From Salmonella phage Seabear, in the sequence record MK728824.1: a stretch of 32,000 bases of DNA; one strand, 5' to 3'. The translations under genes and the position numbers were made by a program. The first letter of the stretch is position 1, and the number at the start of each line of letters is the position of its first letter. The notes under the pieces were generated by a model, which saw only the letters and a list, made by a program, of their open reading frames with translations, had not been told where the DNA came from and did no database searches. This document shows, piece after piece, positions 1-10,242 of the stretch.

Positions 1-2
1 AA

Positions 3-326
3 ACTAAATTACAAGTAGTAATCTTCAATGATGGAAACCGCACCAGTATGGAGAACTGCTCTACTGGTCAGCAAAGTAGAATTAACCTAGCAACTCTGTT
101 AGCTATTCGAATGCTGTTAACATCTATTAGTAAAGTTAATATTAATCTTCTGTTCCTTGACGAAGTTATTAGCTTTATTGATACGAAAGGACTTGATACT
201 CTCGTTGAATTATTAAATGAGGAAGATAGTCTGAATTCTATCATTGTTTCTCATGGGCATACGCATCCATTAGCCCATAAGATTACTGTTAAAAAAGATG
301 CAGAAGGATTTTCCTACTTAGAATAA
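3..326 (+). CDS. D13: 3' end of T5 D13-like SbcC/Rad50-type recombination endonuclease subunit (partial; gene starts before the window)
   Basis: The frame is open to the window edge upstream of the listed ATG at 48 (TKLQVVIFNDGNRTSMENC...). It contains the ABC signature-like CSTGQQSRINLATLLAIR, Walker B LLFLDEVISFID and H-loop IIVSHGH, which are C-terminal SbcC ATPase motifs. Confidence 0.88.
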   Translation, partial: TKLQVVIFNDGNRTSMENCSTGQQSRINLATLLAIRMLLTSISKVNINLLFLDEVISFIDTKGLDTLVELLNEEDSLNSIIVSHGHTHPLAHKITVKKDAEGFSYLE

Positions 327-329
327 AAC

Positions 330-812
330 ATGGCCGTAGATAGTAGAGAGAAAGGTAAACGTGGTGAATATCAGGTAAGAGATATACTGCGTGAACGTAC
401 AGGTCTTGAGTGGGAACGTGTTCCAGGCTCTGGTGCTTTTGGCCAGAGCCATGGACTGAAGGGCGACATCTACCTTCCACCACAAAGCGGACACATTAGT
501 AAATACTGCTTCGAAGTTAAGTGGTATAAAGATGATAACATATCAAGTAATTTATTTAACGTTGGTGAATCCACTCTAGAGAAGTGGTGGCAGCAGTGTT
601 CCCGTGAAGGTGAACAGATGAACTCCAAACCAGCCTTAATATTCAAGAAAGACAGAGGACAGTGGTTAATTGCTTTGGATAGCTCAGACCCGATGGTGGA
701 CAACTTAATGAGTCGTACCCATATGGTGTTAAATAAGAAAGACATGGAAATCGTAATCGGGTTATTTGAACCGTGGTTACATCACGCATCTGTTGAGGAC
801 TTAATTAAATAA
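330..812 (+). CDS. D14: T5 D14-like protein; PD-(D/E)XK / Holliday-junction-resolvase-like nuclease
   Basis: Pattern KGKRGEYQVRDIL...W.RVPGSGAFGQ....KGDIYLP...YCFEVKWY is typical of the restriction-endonuclease-like fold of Hjc-type resolvases. Position between D13 and D15 matches T5. Confidence 0.78.
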   Translation: MAVDSREKGKRGEYQVRDILRERTGLEWERVPGSGAFGQSHGLKGDIYLPPQSGHISKYCFEVKWYKDDNISSNLFNVGESTLEKWWQQCSREGEQMNSKPALIFKKDRGQWLIALDSSDPMVDNLMSRTHMVLNKKDMEIVIGLFEPWLHHASVEDLIK

Positions 813-1687
813 TGAGTAAATCCTGGGGAAAATTTATTGAAGAGGAAGAAGCTGAGCTGGCTTCTCGTCGCAACCTAATGATTGTTGACGGAACTAACTT
901 AGGCTTCCGCTTCAAACATAATAATAGTAAGAAACCTTTTGCTTCTAGTTATGTATCAACGATTCAATCTTTGGCGAAATCTTATTCTGCTAGAACTACA
1001 ATTGTTCTTGGCGATAAAGGAAAGTCTGTATTCCGTTTAGAGCATCTTCCTGATTATAAGGGCAACCGTGATGAAAAGTATGCTCAACGTACAGAAGAAG
1101 AGAAAGCACTAGATGAACAGTTCTTTGAATACCTTCGTGATGCTTTCGAGTTGTGTGAAACCACATTCCCAACCTTCACTATTCGTGGCGTAGAAGCAGA
1201 TGATATGGCAGCTTATATTGTTAAGCTCATTGGTCATTTATATGATCACGTTTGGCTGATCTCTACTGATGGTGACTGGGATACTCTATTAACTGATCGA
1301 GTTTCTCGCTTCTCCTTCACCACACGTCGTGAGTACCATCTTCGTGATATGTATGAACATCATAACGTTGACGATGTAGATCAGTTTATCTCTTTGAAAG
1401 CAATTATGGGAGATCTTGGTGATAACATCCGTGGTGTTGAAGGCATCGGTGCAAAACGTGGTTATAATATTATCCGTGAATTTGGTAATGTTCTGGATAT
1501 TATTGATCAACTCCCTCTGCCTGGGAAACAGAAATATATACAGAATCTGAACGCATCGGAGGAGTTGCTTTTCCGAAATCTGATTCTGGTTGATTTACCG
1601 ACCTATTGTGTAGATGCTATTGCTGCTGTGGGTCAAGACGTATTAGATAAGTTTACTAAAGATATTTTGGAGATCGCAGGACAATGA
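812..1687 (+). CDS. D15: 5'-3' exonuclease / flap endonuclease (T5 D15 FEN)
   Basis: 291 aa, recognisable as nearly identical to T5 FEN (MSKSWGKFIEEEEAE.ASRRNLMIVDGTNLGFRF..., RGVEADDMAAYIVKLIG, STDGDWDTLL, MGDLGDNIRGVEGIGAKRG). TAATG overlap with the upstream gene. Confidence 0.98.
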   Translation: MSKSWGKFIEEEEAELASRRNLMIVDGTNLGFRFKHNNSKKPFASSYVSTIQSLAKSYSARTTIVLGDKGKSVFRLEHLPDYKGNRDEKYAQRTEEEKALDEQFFEYLRDAFELCETTFPTFTIRGVEADDMAAYIVKLIGHLYDHVWLISTDGDWDTLLTDRVSRFSFTTRREYHLRDMYEHHNVDDVDQFISLKAIMGDLGDNIRGVEGIGAKRGYNIIREFGNVLDIIDQLPLPGKQKYIQNLNASEELLFRNLILVDLPTYCVDAIAAVGQDVLDKFTKDILEIAGQ

Positions 1688-2130
1688 TTAAAATTAAACT
1701 AACTCATCCAGATTGCATGCCGAGGATTGGTTCTGATGATGCCGCAGGTATGGATCTGCGTGCATTCTTTGGTACTAACCTTGCGGCAGATTTACGTGCT
1801 ATTGCACCAGGCAAATCCCTTATGATTGACACCGGTGTCGCGGTGGAAATTCCCCAAGGTTGGTTTGGTTTGGTAGTTCCTCGCAGCTCTTTAGGTAAGC
1901 GTAAACTAATGATCGCAAATACCGCAGGAGTGATCGACTCAGACTACCGTGGTACTATTAAGATGAACCTGTTTAACTACGGTTCTGAAATGCAAACTCT
2001 GGAGAATTTCGAGAGACTTTGTCAGCTAGTAGTACTACCACACTACTCAACTCATCATTTTGAAATCGTTGACGAACTAGAGGAGACTGATCGTGGAGAA
2101 GGCGGCTTTGGAAGCTCAGGAAGTAAATAA
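1684..2130 (+). CDS. dut: dUTPase (deoxyuridine 5'-triphosphate nucleotidohydrolase)
   Basis: 148 aa with dUTPase motifs: GSDDAAGMDLRA, VVPRSSLGKR, NTAGVIDSDYRGTIKMNLFN, glycine-rich C-terminal GEGGFGSSG. ATGA overlap with D15. Confidence 0.97.
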   Translation: MIKIKLTHPDCMPRIGSDDAAGMDLRAFFGTNLAADLRAIAPGKSLMIDTGVAVEIPQGWFGLVVPRSSLGKRKLMIANTAGVIDSDYRGTIKMNLFNYGSEMQTLENFERLCQLVVLPHYSTHHFEIVDELEETDRGEGGFGSSGSK

Positions 2131-2359
2131 TTTTGCTGATCCTAATATGATAGGATCATTTGAACATCCCGCTACGTATCATCATGTTATGGTAGCAGAA
2201 CCGGATGTGAATAACGTAGTTCTTAAGGTAGATCGTGAAGGCAATGTAATCCAGTGGGATGAAGAGGCTTTTGTCGAACTATGTAGCAATTCAGAAGATC
2301 CTACTCTTAGAGCTATGTTAGCAGTGTTTAACTTAGGTGTTATTGCTGGCAGCAGATAA
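2093..2359 (+). CDS. Conserved small protein of unknown function
   Basis: 88 aa, GTG start overlapping the 3' end of dut, preceded by AGGAGA (about 2081-2086). Same strand and tight packing with the early-gene block; ends just before the terminator. Confidence 0.7.
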   Translation: MEKAALEAQEVNNFADPNMIGSFEHPATYHHVMVAEPDVNNVVLKVDREGNVIQWDEEAFVELCSNSEDPTLRAMLAVFNLGVIAGSR

Positions 2360-2369
2360 TAATAATAAA

Positions 2370-2391
2370 CCCCAGTGGATTTCCACTGGGG
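2370..2391. terminator. Bidirectional Rho-independent terminator at convergent gene junction
   Basis: CCCCAGTGGA-TT-TCCACTGGGG inverted repeat followed by TTTTCTTTT on + and by TTTATTATTATT on -, between converging genes ending at 2359 (+) and 2399 (-). Confidence 0.9.
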
Positions 2392-2398
2392 TTTTCTT

Positions 2399-4489
2399 TT
2401 ACTTATCAATTAATTGTTTTACCAATTTCTTGAGTTCATCAATCTCTTGCTTTTGCTGATCAACAATTTCGCTAAGCTCATTTACAGCGTTAACTAGAAG
2501 AGCGTTGACTCCAGCATGAGATACGCCAAGCATACTATCTTCTTTTTGTGGTTCAATCTTATATACTGCTTCTGGAAGAACAGACTGTACATCTTGAGCA
2601 ATAACACCAGCTTCAACACTATATATAGTGTCTTTGTCTTCCTCAAGTTTATTTCTCTTATAGTATGTATAGCCTACAAGTGACTTAAGTTTATCACGAG
2701 CAGTATCTATTTTCTGTAGATTAGCCTTCATACGAATATCTGAAGTACTAACCCAACTACCTGCTGCAGCAGCTCCCGCACTATCAAAACGATACTCAGC
2801 CCCCTTACAATATAAACTAAGTTGAGCACCCCCAGCAGACCACATAACTGCATCCATTCCAGAGATCCAATCTACCCCACATTTAACACTCTTCCATATA
2901 GCGTAGGCTGCATCAGTAGTTTCATGCTCAACTAGTACACCACATGGTCTATCTCTCCATGAGGTAAAGGATCCTCCGGAAATCTGACCACCTACTAGAC
3001 AACCTGATCCTCCAGTTGCAGTACCTGAACTTCTAAAAGTAGCCCTATTGCCTACAGGAGTAGCAAGTAGACCAAAATTCGCACTAGCCTGTTTCCAAAC
3101 ACTCCAAGTACCACCTTGCTTAACACGTATTGAAACTGAACCTGCCCAAGCTCCGGTCATTTGGGTAGCACGCTGCATAGTGTATCCAGTATCTGGGTGT
3201 ACTAAAGTTTCTAGATAGAACCAACCATCATCTAGGCCTGCTACTTGCTGAAAAGGTCTCACACCTGTAATATTAGATCCAGGAGTAGGAGGTACCGTAA
3301 ATGTACTATTCACTACTAAGTTATCAAAGTTAAATCCTCCTGGGTATTTACCAGACATAGAGGGTAAAAGACCCCACTCTGTCAACTCAAGATTTGTTCT
3401 AACTTGGGTAGGGGTATTTCCGCCTGTACCTCCAGCAGCTATAGGGAGAGGTATCCAACTACCATTATCATCTCTCCAATAACCCCATTCTCCATTAGGT
3501 CTAGCTGTAATCCTATAGGGAGATCCCGGAGCATACATCATAGTTTCTGCTGCTGTTTGCTTAAACCTCTCAATTCCAAGGTTAATCTTGGCACCTTCTA
3601 CTGAATTAGCTCCCGTACCTCCATTTGTGAGGGGAATAGTAGATTGTAGGTTAAATTGCTCCTGCCAACCTCTCCAGTCTCCTGTTCCATCGAGAACATT
3701 TATCCAAGAACTACCGGTTAAGCTAACAGCTCTTAGCACTCCGTACTGTGCCGCCCCATTAATATCCACACCATGACAATGGAAGTTATAAGTCCACCAT
3801 CCCATCTGAACCGGAGGACCATTAACAATAAGTTCTCCAGAGGAGTAGTAACCACTTTGTCCTGAAATAGCTACGTAGTTTAAAACGTCTTCTCCATTAG
3901 GGATTACCTCAGCAAGGGCACCTACAGGAACATTAAGGCTTCTTCTAGCATCTTTTGGGGTAGTTCCACCAGTACCACCAAATGCAACTTTCATTGCACT
4001 AACAGCAGCAGTAGCACTATCTATTAGTCCAAAATCCCCACTATTATAGATAAATAGGGAGTATTTACCACTAGGAGAAGCTACAAAAGTACCATTATCC
4101 TGCTGTCTTAATCGTTCAACTTGTAATGCTTGTTTAGCCCCATCAAGTGTTTTTGCTCCTGTACCTCCCTGAGCAATAGTAATAGCCTTTGTTAGAGCAT
4201 TTAGTTCTGTAATATCATTATTAGCTCCTTTAGCTGCCTTGCTATTCAGGGAAGTGTTAATACCACCCAAAGCAGTATTAATATTTCCAATAGATTCATT
4301 AATACTAGTAATAGAAGCATCTGTAACCGCCTTATCAGCAGTGTACTTTGATATTTGTAGATATTTGGAAGTTAGTACAACAGCACCAGCTTCTCCATCA
4401 ACAGAGAAAACACCAGCTACTGCTGCGTCTCTGTTAACTACAACGTAAGGCGCCATTGCGCCAGATTTTGGCATTAAATTACGTGACAT
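2399..4489 (-). CDS. ltfB: Lateral tail fibre protein, LtfB-like, with C-terminal S74 intramolecular chaperone
   Basis: 696 aa. Four GGTG modules (IAQGGTGAKTLDGAKQAL, VAFGGTGGTTPKDARRSL, LTNGGTGANSVEGAKINL, IAAGGTGGNTPTQVRTNL). C-terminal SDIRMKANLQKI...YSVEAGVIAQDVQSVLPEAV...coiled coil is the peptidase S74 signature (about 2402-2743). Confidence 0.88.
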   Translation of the reverse strand: MSRNLMPKSGAMAPYVVVNRDAAVAGVFSVDGEAGAVVLTSKYLQISKYTADKAVTDASITSINESIGNINTALGGINTSLNSKAAKGANNDITELNALTKAITIAQGGTGAKTLDGAKQALQVERLRQQDNGTFVASPSGKYSLFIYNSGDFGLIDSATAAVSAMKVAFGGTGGTTPKDARRSLNVPVGALAEVIPNGEDVLNYVAISGQSGYYSSGELIVNGPPVQMGWWTYNFHCHGVDINGAAQYGVLRAVSLTGSSWINVLDGTGDWRGWQEQFNLQSTIPLTNGGTGANSVEGAKINLGIERFKQTAAETMMYAPGSPYRITARPNGEWGYWRDDNGSWIPLPIAAGGTGGNTPTQVRTNLELTEWGLLPSMSGKYPGGFNFDNLVVNSTFTVPPTPGSNITGVRPFQQVAGLDDGWFYLETLVHPDTGYTMQRATQMTGAWAGSVSIRVKQGGTWSVWKQASANFGLLATPVGNRATFRSSGTATGGSGCLVGGQISGGSFTSWRDRPCGVLVEHETTDAAYAIWKSVKCGVDWISGMDAVMWSAGGAQLSLYCKGAEYRFDSAGAAAAGSWVSTSDIRMKANLQKIDTARDKLKSLVGYTYYKRNKLEEDKDTIYSVEAGVIAQDVQSVLPEAVYKIEPQKEDSMLGVSHAGVNALLVNAVNELSEIVDQQKQEIDELKKLVKQLIDK

Positions 4490-4508
4490 TTTGTTTCCTT
4501 AGTAACTT

Positions 4509-4526
4509 AGGGGAGTTTCCTCCCCT
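4509..4526 (-). other. Intergenic RNA hairpin with GAAA tetraloop, no U-tract
   Basis: Minus strand AGGGGAG-GAAA-CTCCCCT between the two fibre genes, followed by AAGTTACTAAGGAAAC rather than a T run. Confidence 0.65.
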
Positions 4527-4532
4527 ATGCCC

Positions 4533-7500
4533 TTATCTGTTAACTAGAGTAGCTACTAGAGCCTTTAACTCTTCCAACTCTTTTCGTTGTTGTTCCATCT
4601 GACTGTTCATATAAATAACAGCAGCCCCTAAATCAACAAGCATAACATTACTATCTAGCGCTAGAGTATCATCTTCAACACCCGTTTCAATCCTACGATC
4701 GATGTACTCTTCCCCATCCTCATTAATCCCTATTACATCTTCAAATACAGGTGCACCAGGAACTAGTTTAACGTACTGGGGATCAACTTTCATCAAGTCT
4801 TGGGCTATAAACCCATAGCGTTGTGTTGTCTGTCCTTTATACTTAAATAAAGTGGGCAACCATTGCATAACGCGGTCATATGCTTCCTTCCCATCAGTAT
4901 AGATAATATCTTTTTTCAGATCACGGTCTGATGAGGGTGACTTAGTAAACTCAAATGCGGTACCCCAAGCATTATCAGGAGAATTGGCCCATGTGGTTAA
5001 ATTACCACTAGGATGAAACTCAAATCCTCTAAAGTAACTATTATCGCCCATGAGTTTTATAACGCCACGTCCCCACCCACTAGCACCAGGAGAAATAGCA
5101 CCAAATGCCGCACGAATCCTATAACCTGATGGAGTTGCGTAACCTCCGGATACAATCGGGACCCAGCCTCCGTTATTATTACCAATACTTCTAGCGTTAA
5201 AAGGTATAGTATGAGCGTTTTCATCTAGATCCATCTCCCACCCTCCTTGAGTACATCTTCCATTAAAAGATGCCCCTCTCAACTTACCTTGTGGGAAGAA
5301 TTGAAAACTATATGCATCAACACCAGGACTATAAACCTCAATCCTATAATCAGATACATGGGTGGATCCGCCACGAACAAGCCCAGCAATAGCGTAATCA
5401 TTATACCAGTTATACTTAGTATATCCACACCAGGTGTCTATTCCAGCAACGTAGTTAGAAATCTGTAGTGTATTTTGCTCGCCAGGATTAATTGTAAATG
5501 TATGGCCATAGTTTAAATTTAAACTTCCTGTTTTGATATTTCCAGTAGCCTCAACACTAGATGTGTATAATTTACCATTTTCATCAAATTGTAGGAAAGC
5601 TGTTTTACCCGTCACATCATTACTACTACGTATTGTCGTCTTACTTAGCTCAGATTGAAGTTCATTATAAATACTAGAATATGTACGTTGCACACCTTCT
5701 GTATTCTTATTTGTTAGGTATAGAAGTCCAGAGTTTGCTCCATTAGTTAGGGTAAGATTTACGCCTTTGAATACCGGAATATCACTTTCACCAATTCCAA
5801 GATTTTTCCTTGCCTGACTTATATTTGTTGCACCAGTACCACCTCTTTCTACAAGTAAGGGCGCAATATTACCCTCGGTATCTTGTACCCCCCAAACTTT
5901 ACTATTTGCTATTAGTAAATTTAATTTGCCATTTGGAGATGATATAGAATTAAAATCTCCGCTTTCTTCACTTGTAACACAAAAAACTCCCTGAATATTA
6001 AAGCTACTACGGACCCCCTCATACGTGCTAACTCCCGTACCTCCTTTATTGACTGATAGAGTTCCTTCTGTGCCATTATTAAGATCAGGTTTATTAGCAG
6101 TACCGTATAACACGTTAGTATGAATAGCAGGATTTTCCCCGTCTAACTGACCATCATTAATAGTACCGATAAATACAATACCACTAGAATATTGTGGGCA
6201 AATGAATGAATGGGTATCTGCGGTTTTAGAATAGAAACCAGCAGAGTATGCAGGTAAGCCACCAATAGCTGTATCATTTCTGTAGTAACCAGAACCAAAA
6301 GCACGCATAGCTTTAAAGAATGAAACTAGATCAGGCTCATTTAACTGGATACCAGAACCCCCTAAACCGAAAGCACCTCGTAAAAGAACTTCACCAGAAG
6401 TACCGTCCCAAACATTCTTAGTAACAACATTACCGAGAGTTACCTCACCAGTATCATTAGGAGAAACCCCATTGATTACGGTAATATAAGGAATCTGATC
6501 TTTAACTACTCCAGCATCTTCTTCTCCCTTAGTAGGTGCACGAAAAGCCTGCCCTTGCATCATATCTGGTAAACGGAAGGTTGTGGAACCATCACCAGTG
6601 GAGAAGTAGAGAGTTGCACCGGCCTGCCATTCAGCTTCTGAAACAGAAGGAATTAGACCAGCTTCGATGGCTTCCCAAGTATCAGGATAGTCAACACGAA
6701 GTACTTCACGACCATCAGCTGGCAGAACACCAGGGTATCCAACACCCGAATCTTTATCGTAAGGGAACCAAGTAACTTCACCTAACCATAAAGAAGGGTT
6801 ACCTCCTGGAAGAGTGATCTGTACGTTACCAGCATCATCTGCATGAACGTTATTGATTGATACGAGTTTCTGTTCAATTTCTACTAATTCTAGGACAGGA
6901 GCCTCAGCAGTACCAGCAACCTTATACCAACCATATTTTGAATCAGTTTGGTTCCAGACTAGAATCTTTTCACCCAGAACACGATTTGCAACATCTGCAT
7001 CAGCTTCTGCTTTTGTCTTATAAACTTTGATGAAACCAGATATATCTTCTTTATCCAGCTTGCTATCTACAATCTGGGCTGCGCGATCGGCTTCAGCCTT
7101 AGCACGATTTGCCTCAGTAGTAGCATCTACAGCCTTATCTCCTGCTTCTACAGCAGAACCAGCCGCATTAGTTTCTGATTCTTTAGCATTTAATTCTGAT
7201 TGTTTAGCGGAAGCAGCATGTTCTCCAGCAGTTGTAGCAGCAGCTTCTGCACCTGCTTTTGCTGTTTCAGCACCAGTCTTAGCAGTTTCTGCAGCTGTCT
7301 GAGCTTGTTGAGCCGCAGTTTTAGCTTGTTCGGCAAGTCTACGACTGGTCTCCGCATTTTGAGCAGCTAATTCAGCAGAATTCCTGAATCCTTTAGATTC
7401 TTCCGCCGATGTAGCGGATGCTTCAGCACTCTTTTGTGACAGACCAGCTTGTCTCTCAGCTTCCGCGGCAGATGCCGCAGATTGAGTTGCAGATGTTTCA

Positions 7501-7757
7501 GAAGAAGTAGCATAAATTGCAGCTAGGTTCTCCGAGTCCTTAGCATTTGTTTCAGATTCTTTTGCTGCAATTTCGGAATCTTTTGCTGCCGCAGCAGAAA
7601 CAGCAGAGGCTTCTACAGCAGCAGTTAATTCACCAGCAGTAATAGAACTAGTAGAATTACCTAAAACTACTGTATATTTAGGATACTTACTAGCAGTAGT
7701 TGTAGTGTCATCTATGTTCAGAATCTGCTGTACAATAATTTTAGTTTTAAGTGCCAT
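4533..7757 (-). CDS. ltfA: L-shaped/lateral tail fibre protein, LtfA / T5 pb1-like, with C-terminal S74 chaperone
   Basis: 1074 aa. N-terminus [32 protein letters not shown]... resembles T5 Ltf. Ala/Glu-rich coiled-coil stalk; collar-like GVLPADGREVLR...TFRLPDMMQGQAFR; two GGTG modules; C-terminal SDRDLKKDIIY...RYGFIAQDLM (about 4536-4931). Confidence 0.9.
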   Translation of the reverse strand: MALKTKIIVQQILNIDDTTTTASKYPKYTVVLGNSTSSITAGELTAAVEASAVSAAAAKDSEIAAKESETNAKDSENLAAIYATSSETSATQSAASAAEAERQAGLSQKSAEASATSAEESKGFRNSAELAAQNAETSRRLAEQAKTAAQQAQTAAETAKTGAETAKAGAEAAATTAGEHAASAKQSELNAKESETNAAGSAVEAGDKAVDATTEANRAKAEADRAAQIVDSKLDKEDISGFIKVYKTKAEADADVANRVLGEKILVWNQTDSKYGWYKVAGTAEAPVLELVEIEQKLVSINNVHADDAGNVQITLPGGNPSLWLGEVTWFPYDKDSGVGYPGVLPADGREVLRVDYPDTWEAIEAGLIPSVSEAEWQAGATLYFSTGDGSTTFRLPDMMQGQAFRAPTKGEEDAGVVKDQIPYITVINGVSPNDTGEVTLGNVVTKNVWDGTSGEVLLRGAFGLGGSGIQLNEPDLVSFFKAMRAFGSGYYRNDTAIGGLPAYSAGFYSKTADTHSFICPQYSSGIVFIGTINDGQLDGENPAIHTNVLYGTANKPDLNNGTEGTLSVNKGGTGVSTYEGVRSSFNIQGVFCVTSEESGDFNSISSPNGKLNLLIANSKVWGVQDTEGNIAPLLVERGGTGATNISQARKNLGIGESDIPVFKGVNLTLTNGANSGLLYLTNKNTEGVQRTYSSIYNELQSELSKTTIRSSNDVTGKTAFLQFDENGKLYTSSVEATGNIKTGSLNLNYGHTFTINPGEQNTLQISNYVAGIDTWCGYTKYNWYNDYAIAGLVRGGSTHVSDYRIEVYSPGVDAYSFQFFPQGKLRGASFNGRCTQGGWEMDLDENAHTIPFNARSIGNNNGGWVPIVSGGYATPSGYRIRAAFGAISPGASGWGRGVIKLMGDNSYFRGFEFHPSGNLTTWANSPDNAWGTAFEFTKSPSSDRDLKKDIIYTDGKEAYDRVMQWLPTLFKYKGQTTQRYGFIAQDLMKVDPQYVKLVPGAPVFEDVIGINEDGEEYIDRRIETGVEDDTLALDSNVMLVDLGAAVIYMNSQMEQQRKELEELKALVATLVNR

Positions 7758-8179
7758 TATTGAGTTACTCCATCGCTGATGTATACTTTACCTTCCATAA
7801 TACGGAAAGAACTGACTTCAGAGCCAACTACATCACGAGTCATTAGGATATCATAATAACCAGCAAAACGTTGTCTTGGGTTATACTTATCACGTTCTTT
7901 AGATGCTTTTTCACCAATATTAGTAACGTCTGCAACGGAAAGACTAATTGCAGCAGCACCTTGAGCAGCATCAATAACACGAGTTTTAAAGTTAGCTAGA
8001 ACCTCGGCGTTCTCATCTAAACTAGATTTAATAGTTCCTCGGAGTGAATATCCGGTTAAGTTAACAGGAACTTCTGTTGGTGGATATACACTATCATCAA
8101 CATCCATAAATTGCATGATAAGACCATAAGGTACTTTTTCATCAACAACAATATCAATAACTCGGTTTTCTGTACTCAT
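7757..8179 (-). CDS. T5 p132-like tail collar protein
   Basis: 140 aa, between the Ltf gene and the pb4 gene as in T5. Beta-rich sequence with phage-structural-like N-terminus ([24 protein letters not shown]). Confidence 0.75.
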   Translation of the reverse strand: MSTENRVIDIVVDEKVPYGLIMQFMDVDDSVYPPTEVPVNLTGYSLRGTIKSSLDENAEVLANFKTRVIDAAQGAAAISLSVADVTNIGEKASKERDKYNPRQRFAGYYDILMTRDVVGSEVSSFRIMEGKVYISDGVTQ

Positions 8180-8184
8180 TATAA

Positions 8185-10242
8185 TTACCTTATATGGATA
8201 TACCCACTATTTAGGTCTATCTTCATCTTGTAGTATGCTTCAGGGTTCCCTGATAATGCAGCATTTCTATCGTAGATTATATTAACACCGATTTGCGATA
8301 AGAAGGCATTTCCTGCCACAATCTTATCCGCAGTAACAGTCCCATTAACAATCATATTGCCATGAAGAACCATTGCAGGGTTAATCCATCCAGCTCCGTT
8401 CCATTGACGGGTAAATGCTGTTTGCGGAGCATTACTGTTAAATTGTGTTAGAACATCATACTTAACCGGAGGTTTTCCAAAGTTATTTTGGAAGAATGCG
8501 TTAGCTTGTCCATCATCCCAACCACCTAGTCCAGGAATACCCATGGAGTACATCCCAGGACCACGCTGTCCATCATGTCCTATAGTACCTTCAGTACCAC
8601 TCCACTGAACTACATCAGACCAGCTAGTACCTTCAAGAAGTTTGTTAGTAACTGGATCAAGTGTACCTGTAGTCGCATAGATATTTTGTGTCATATCTGT
8701 ACGGTTAGGTGGAGTTTTTGACCAACCAGGAGGCGGATAATCTTGTTCTAGCGGTTTGGCCGGTAAAGATGTTGCTAACTTATAAACAAATACTGTTTGC
8801 TTACCTTGTAAACCCGTTCCAATATCTACGTCACCATTTGGCGTTCCAATTACTACACCACTAGAGATGCGCAGAGTAGTACCATCATAACGTATCCATT
8901 GTGTAGCATTACCAATGTCTAGTTTCGCTTTGGCAGAGGTATTATCCATACCCATCCAAATACCAGAGTTATTATCTCCCCAAGATTTACCTTGAGTGTA
9001 AATTGCTGGATTATCTTTACCAGACAAGTTAGTCATGATAAAGTTCGCAGCATTAATATCTCTAGTAATTACTTTACCATCAACGTTAACAACACGATTT
9101 ATAGGGTCGAAAGAAATAGGTGCTTTTCCTTCTTCATCGAGCAGACCAATGTTAATAGCACCAGTAGCTGCATCAATTAAGAATGTCTGTCTCCAGATTT
9201 CCCCATCTTTCATACTACCCTTAATAAAGGCATAGTTAACATCAATACCCGTCTCATTGACAAAACTGTTATCTAGAGGAGTATCCTCATTCAGAATAAA
9301 TGTTACAGGAGCTGATTCTGTTATATCTTGCTTATTTGGTCCCCAGGCAATTGATGAAACCTTAAAGGTATGTTCAACTTTCCATGGGAATGATATAATC
9401 GTTGCAGCTCTAGCAGCCCCCACGTTTATCTTTTGAGCTTTAGCCCAGCCAGTCTTAGCGTATTCTTCGGAGTTTATATAAGTAACCAAGAACTCACGAA
9501 CATTAGCACCAGCACCGCGTTCCCAATCCCACTCAATTCTAACATCATATCGTTCTTTACCATCAGCAATTCGTGCAGCTTTAAAAACAATATCGATAGG
9601 TGCAGTAGGAGGAACAAAATTATAAGCTACAGTTAGAATACTAGGGAACTCATAGTAACCAGAAGAATCAACTGTAACACCATCAGGCATAGTTACTTGA
9701 CCAGATATTCTGATCTTATAATCTCCGATAGGAACTCCACCAAATTTAATAGTAGAACCTAAAGCCCCAATGTAATACTTAGTCCAAGGACTATCTTCCG
9801 TGGCTGTACTTTTTAACTCAATAGTACAGTAACTTGCTTCACCAGTAGTTTCCACAACAACTATCGGTGCGCCCACCCCAACATCCACTGGTTCTGACTC
9901 AGACCTTGCTGTAACAATTATTGGCTTCTCTTTTGTTTTAAAGTTAGTTTCATTAGAGAGGTTAATACCAATTTTTGCATTTAAAAGTTCTGAGTCAATA
10001 ATTGAGTCATAAAAAGCTCCCTGAACCTGATAGGTAGTTGAGGGAGTTAAGTTATTGATCATAACAAAGAAAGTGTCGATTCCAGTGAAATCTCTTCTAT
10101 CCACTTCTTCGCCAAGTTTAAGCCAGAATGATCTACCGATAACATCGTAGTCGGTATAGATAGAATGCTGGATATACGCCATAGCATATCCAGTCATAAT
10201 ACTATTTAAGACCATCTTGGCTGGTGCATTATTCGAAATCAT
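8185..10242 (-). CDS. D17: T5 pb4-like baseplate / straight central fibre protein with fibronectin III-like segments
   Basis: 685 aa; gpJ-like C-terminal segment [29 protein letters not shown]; repeated FnIII-like regions; T5 gene order. Confidence 0.82.
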   Translation of the reverse strand: MISNNAPAKMVLNSIMTGYAMAYIQHSIYTDYDVIGRSFWLKLGEEVDRRDFTGIDTFFVMINNLTPSTTYQVQGAFYDSIIDSELLNAKIGINLSNETNFKTKEKPIIVTARSESEPVDVGVGAPIVVVETTGEASYCTIELKSTATEDSPWTKYYIGALGSTIKFGGVPIGDYKIRISGQVTMPDGVTVDSSGYYEFPSILTVAYNFVPPTAPIDIVFKAARIADGKERYDVRIEWDWERGAGANVREFLVTYINSEEYAKTGWAKAQKINVGAARAATIISFPWKVEHTFKVSSIAWGPNKQDITESAPVTFILNEDTPLDNSFVNETGIDVNYAFIKGSMKDGEIWRQTFLIDAATGAINIGLLDEEGKAPISFDPINRVVNVDGKVITRDINAANFIMTNLSGKDNPAIYTQGKSWGDNNSGIWMGMDNTSAKAKLDIGNATQWIRYDGTTLRISSGVVIGTPNGDVDIGTGLQGKQTVFVYKLATSLPAKPLEQDYPPPGWSKTPPNRTDMTQNIYATTGTLDPVTNKLLEGTSWSDVVQWSGTEGTIGHDGQRGPGMYSMGIPGLGGWDDGQANAFFQNNFGKPPVKYDVLTQFNSNAPQTAFTRQWNGAGWINPAMVLHGNMIVNGTVTADKIVAGNAFLSQIGVNIIYDRNAALSGNPEAYYKMKIDLNSGYIHIR

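Noticed and set aside
289-745. Minus-strand ORFs 289..483 and 470..745
   Set aside because: Opposite the D14-like coding region with its nuclease motifs; no SD or recognisable protein.
4540-4560. Palindrome-like AGTAGCTACT near the LtfA 3' end as a possible regulatory site
   Set aside because: It is inside the coding sequence for the C-terminal ...ALVATLVNR; only 10 bp perfect and explained by codons.
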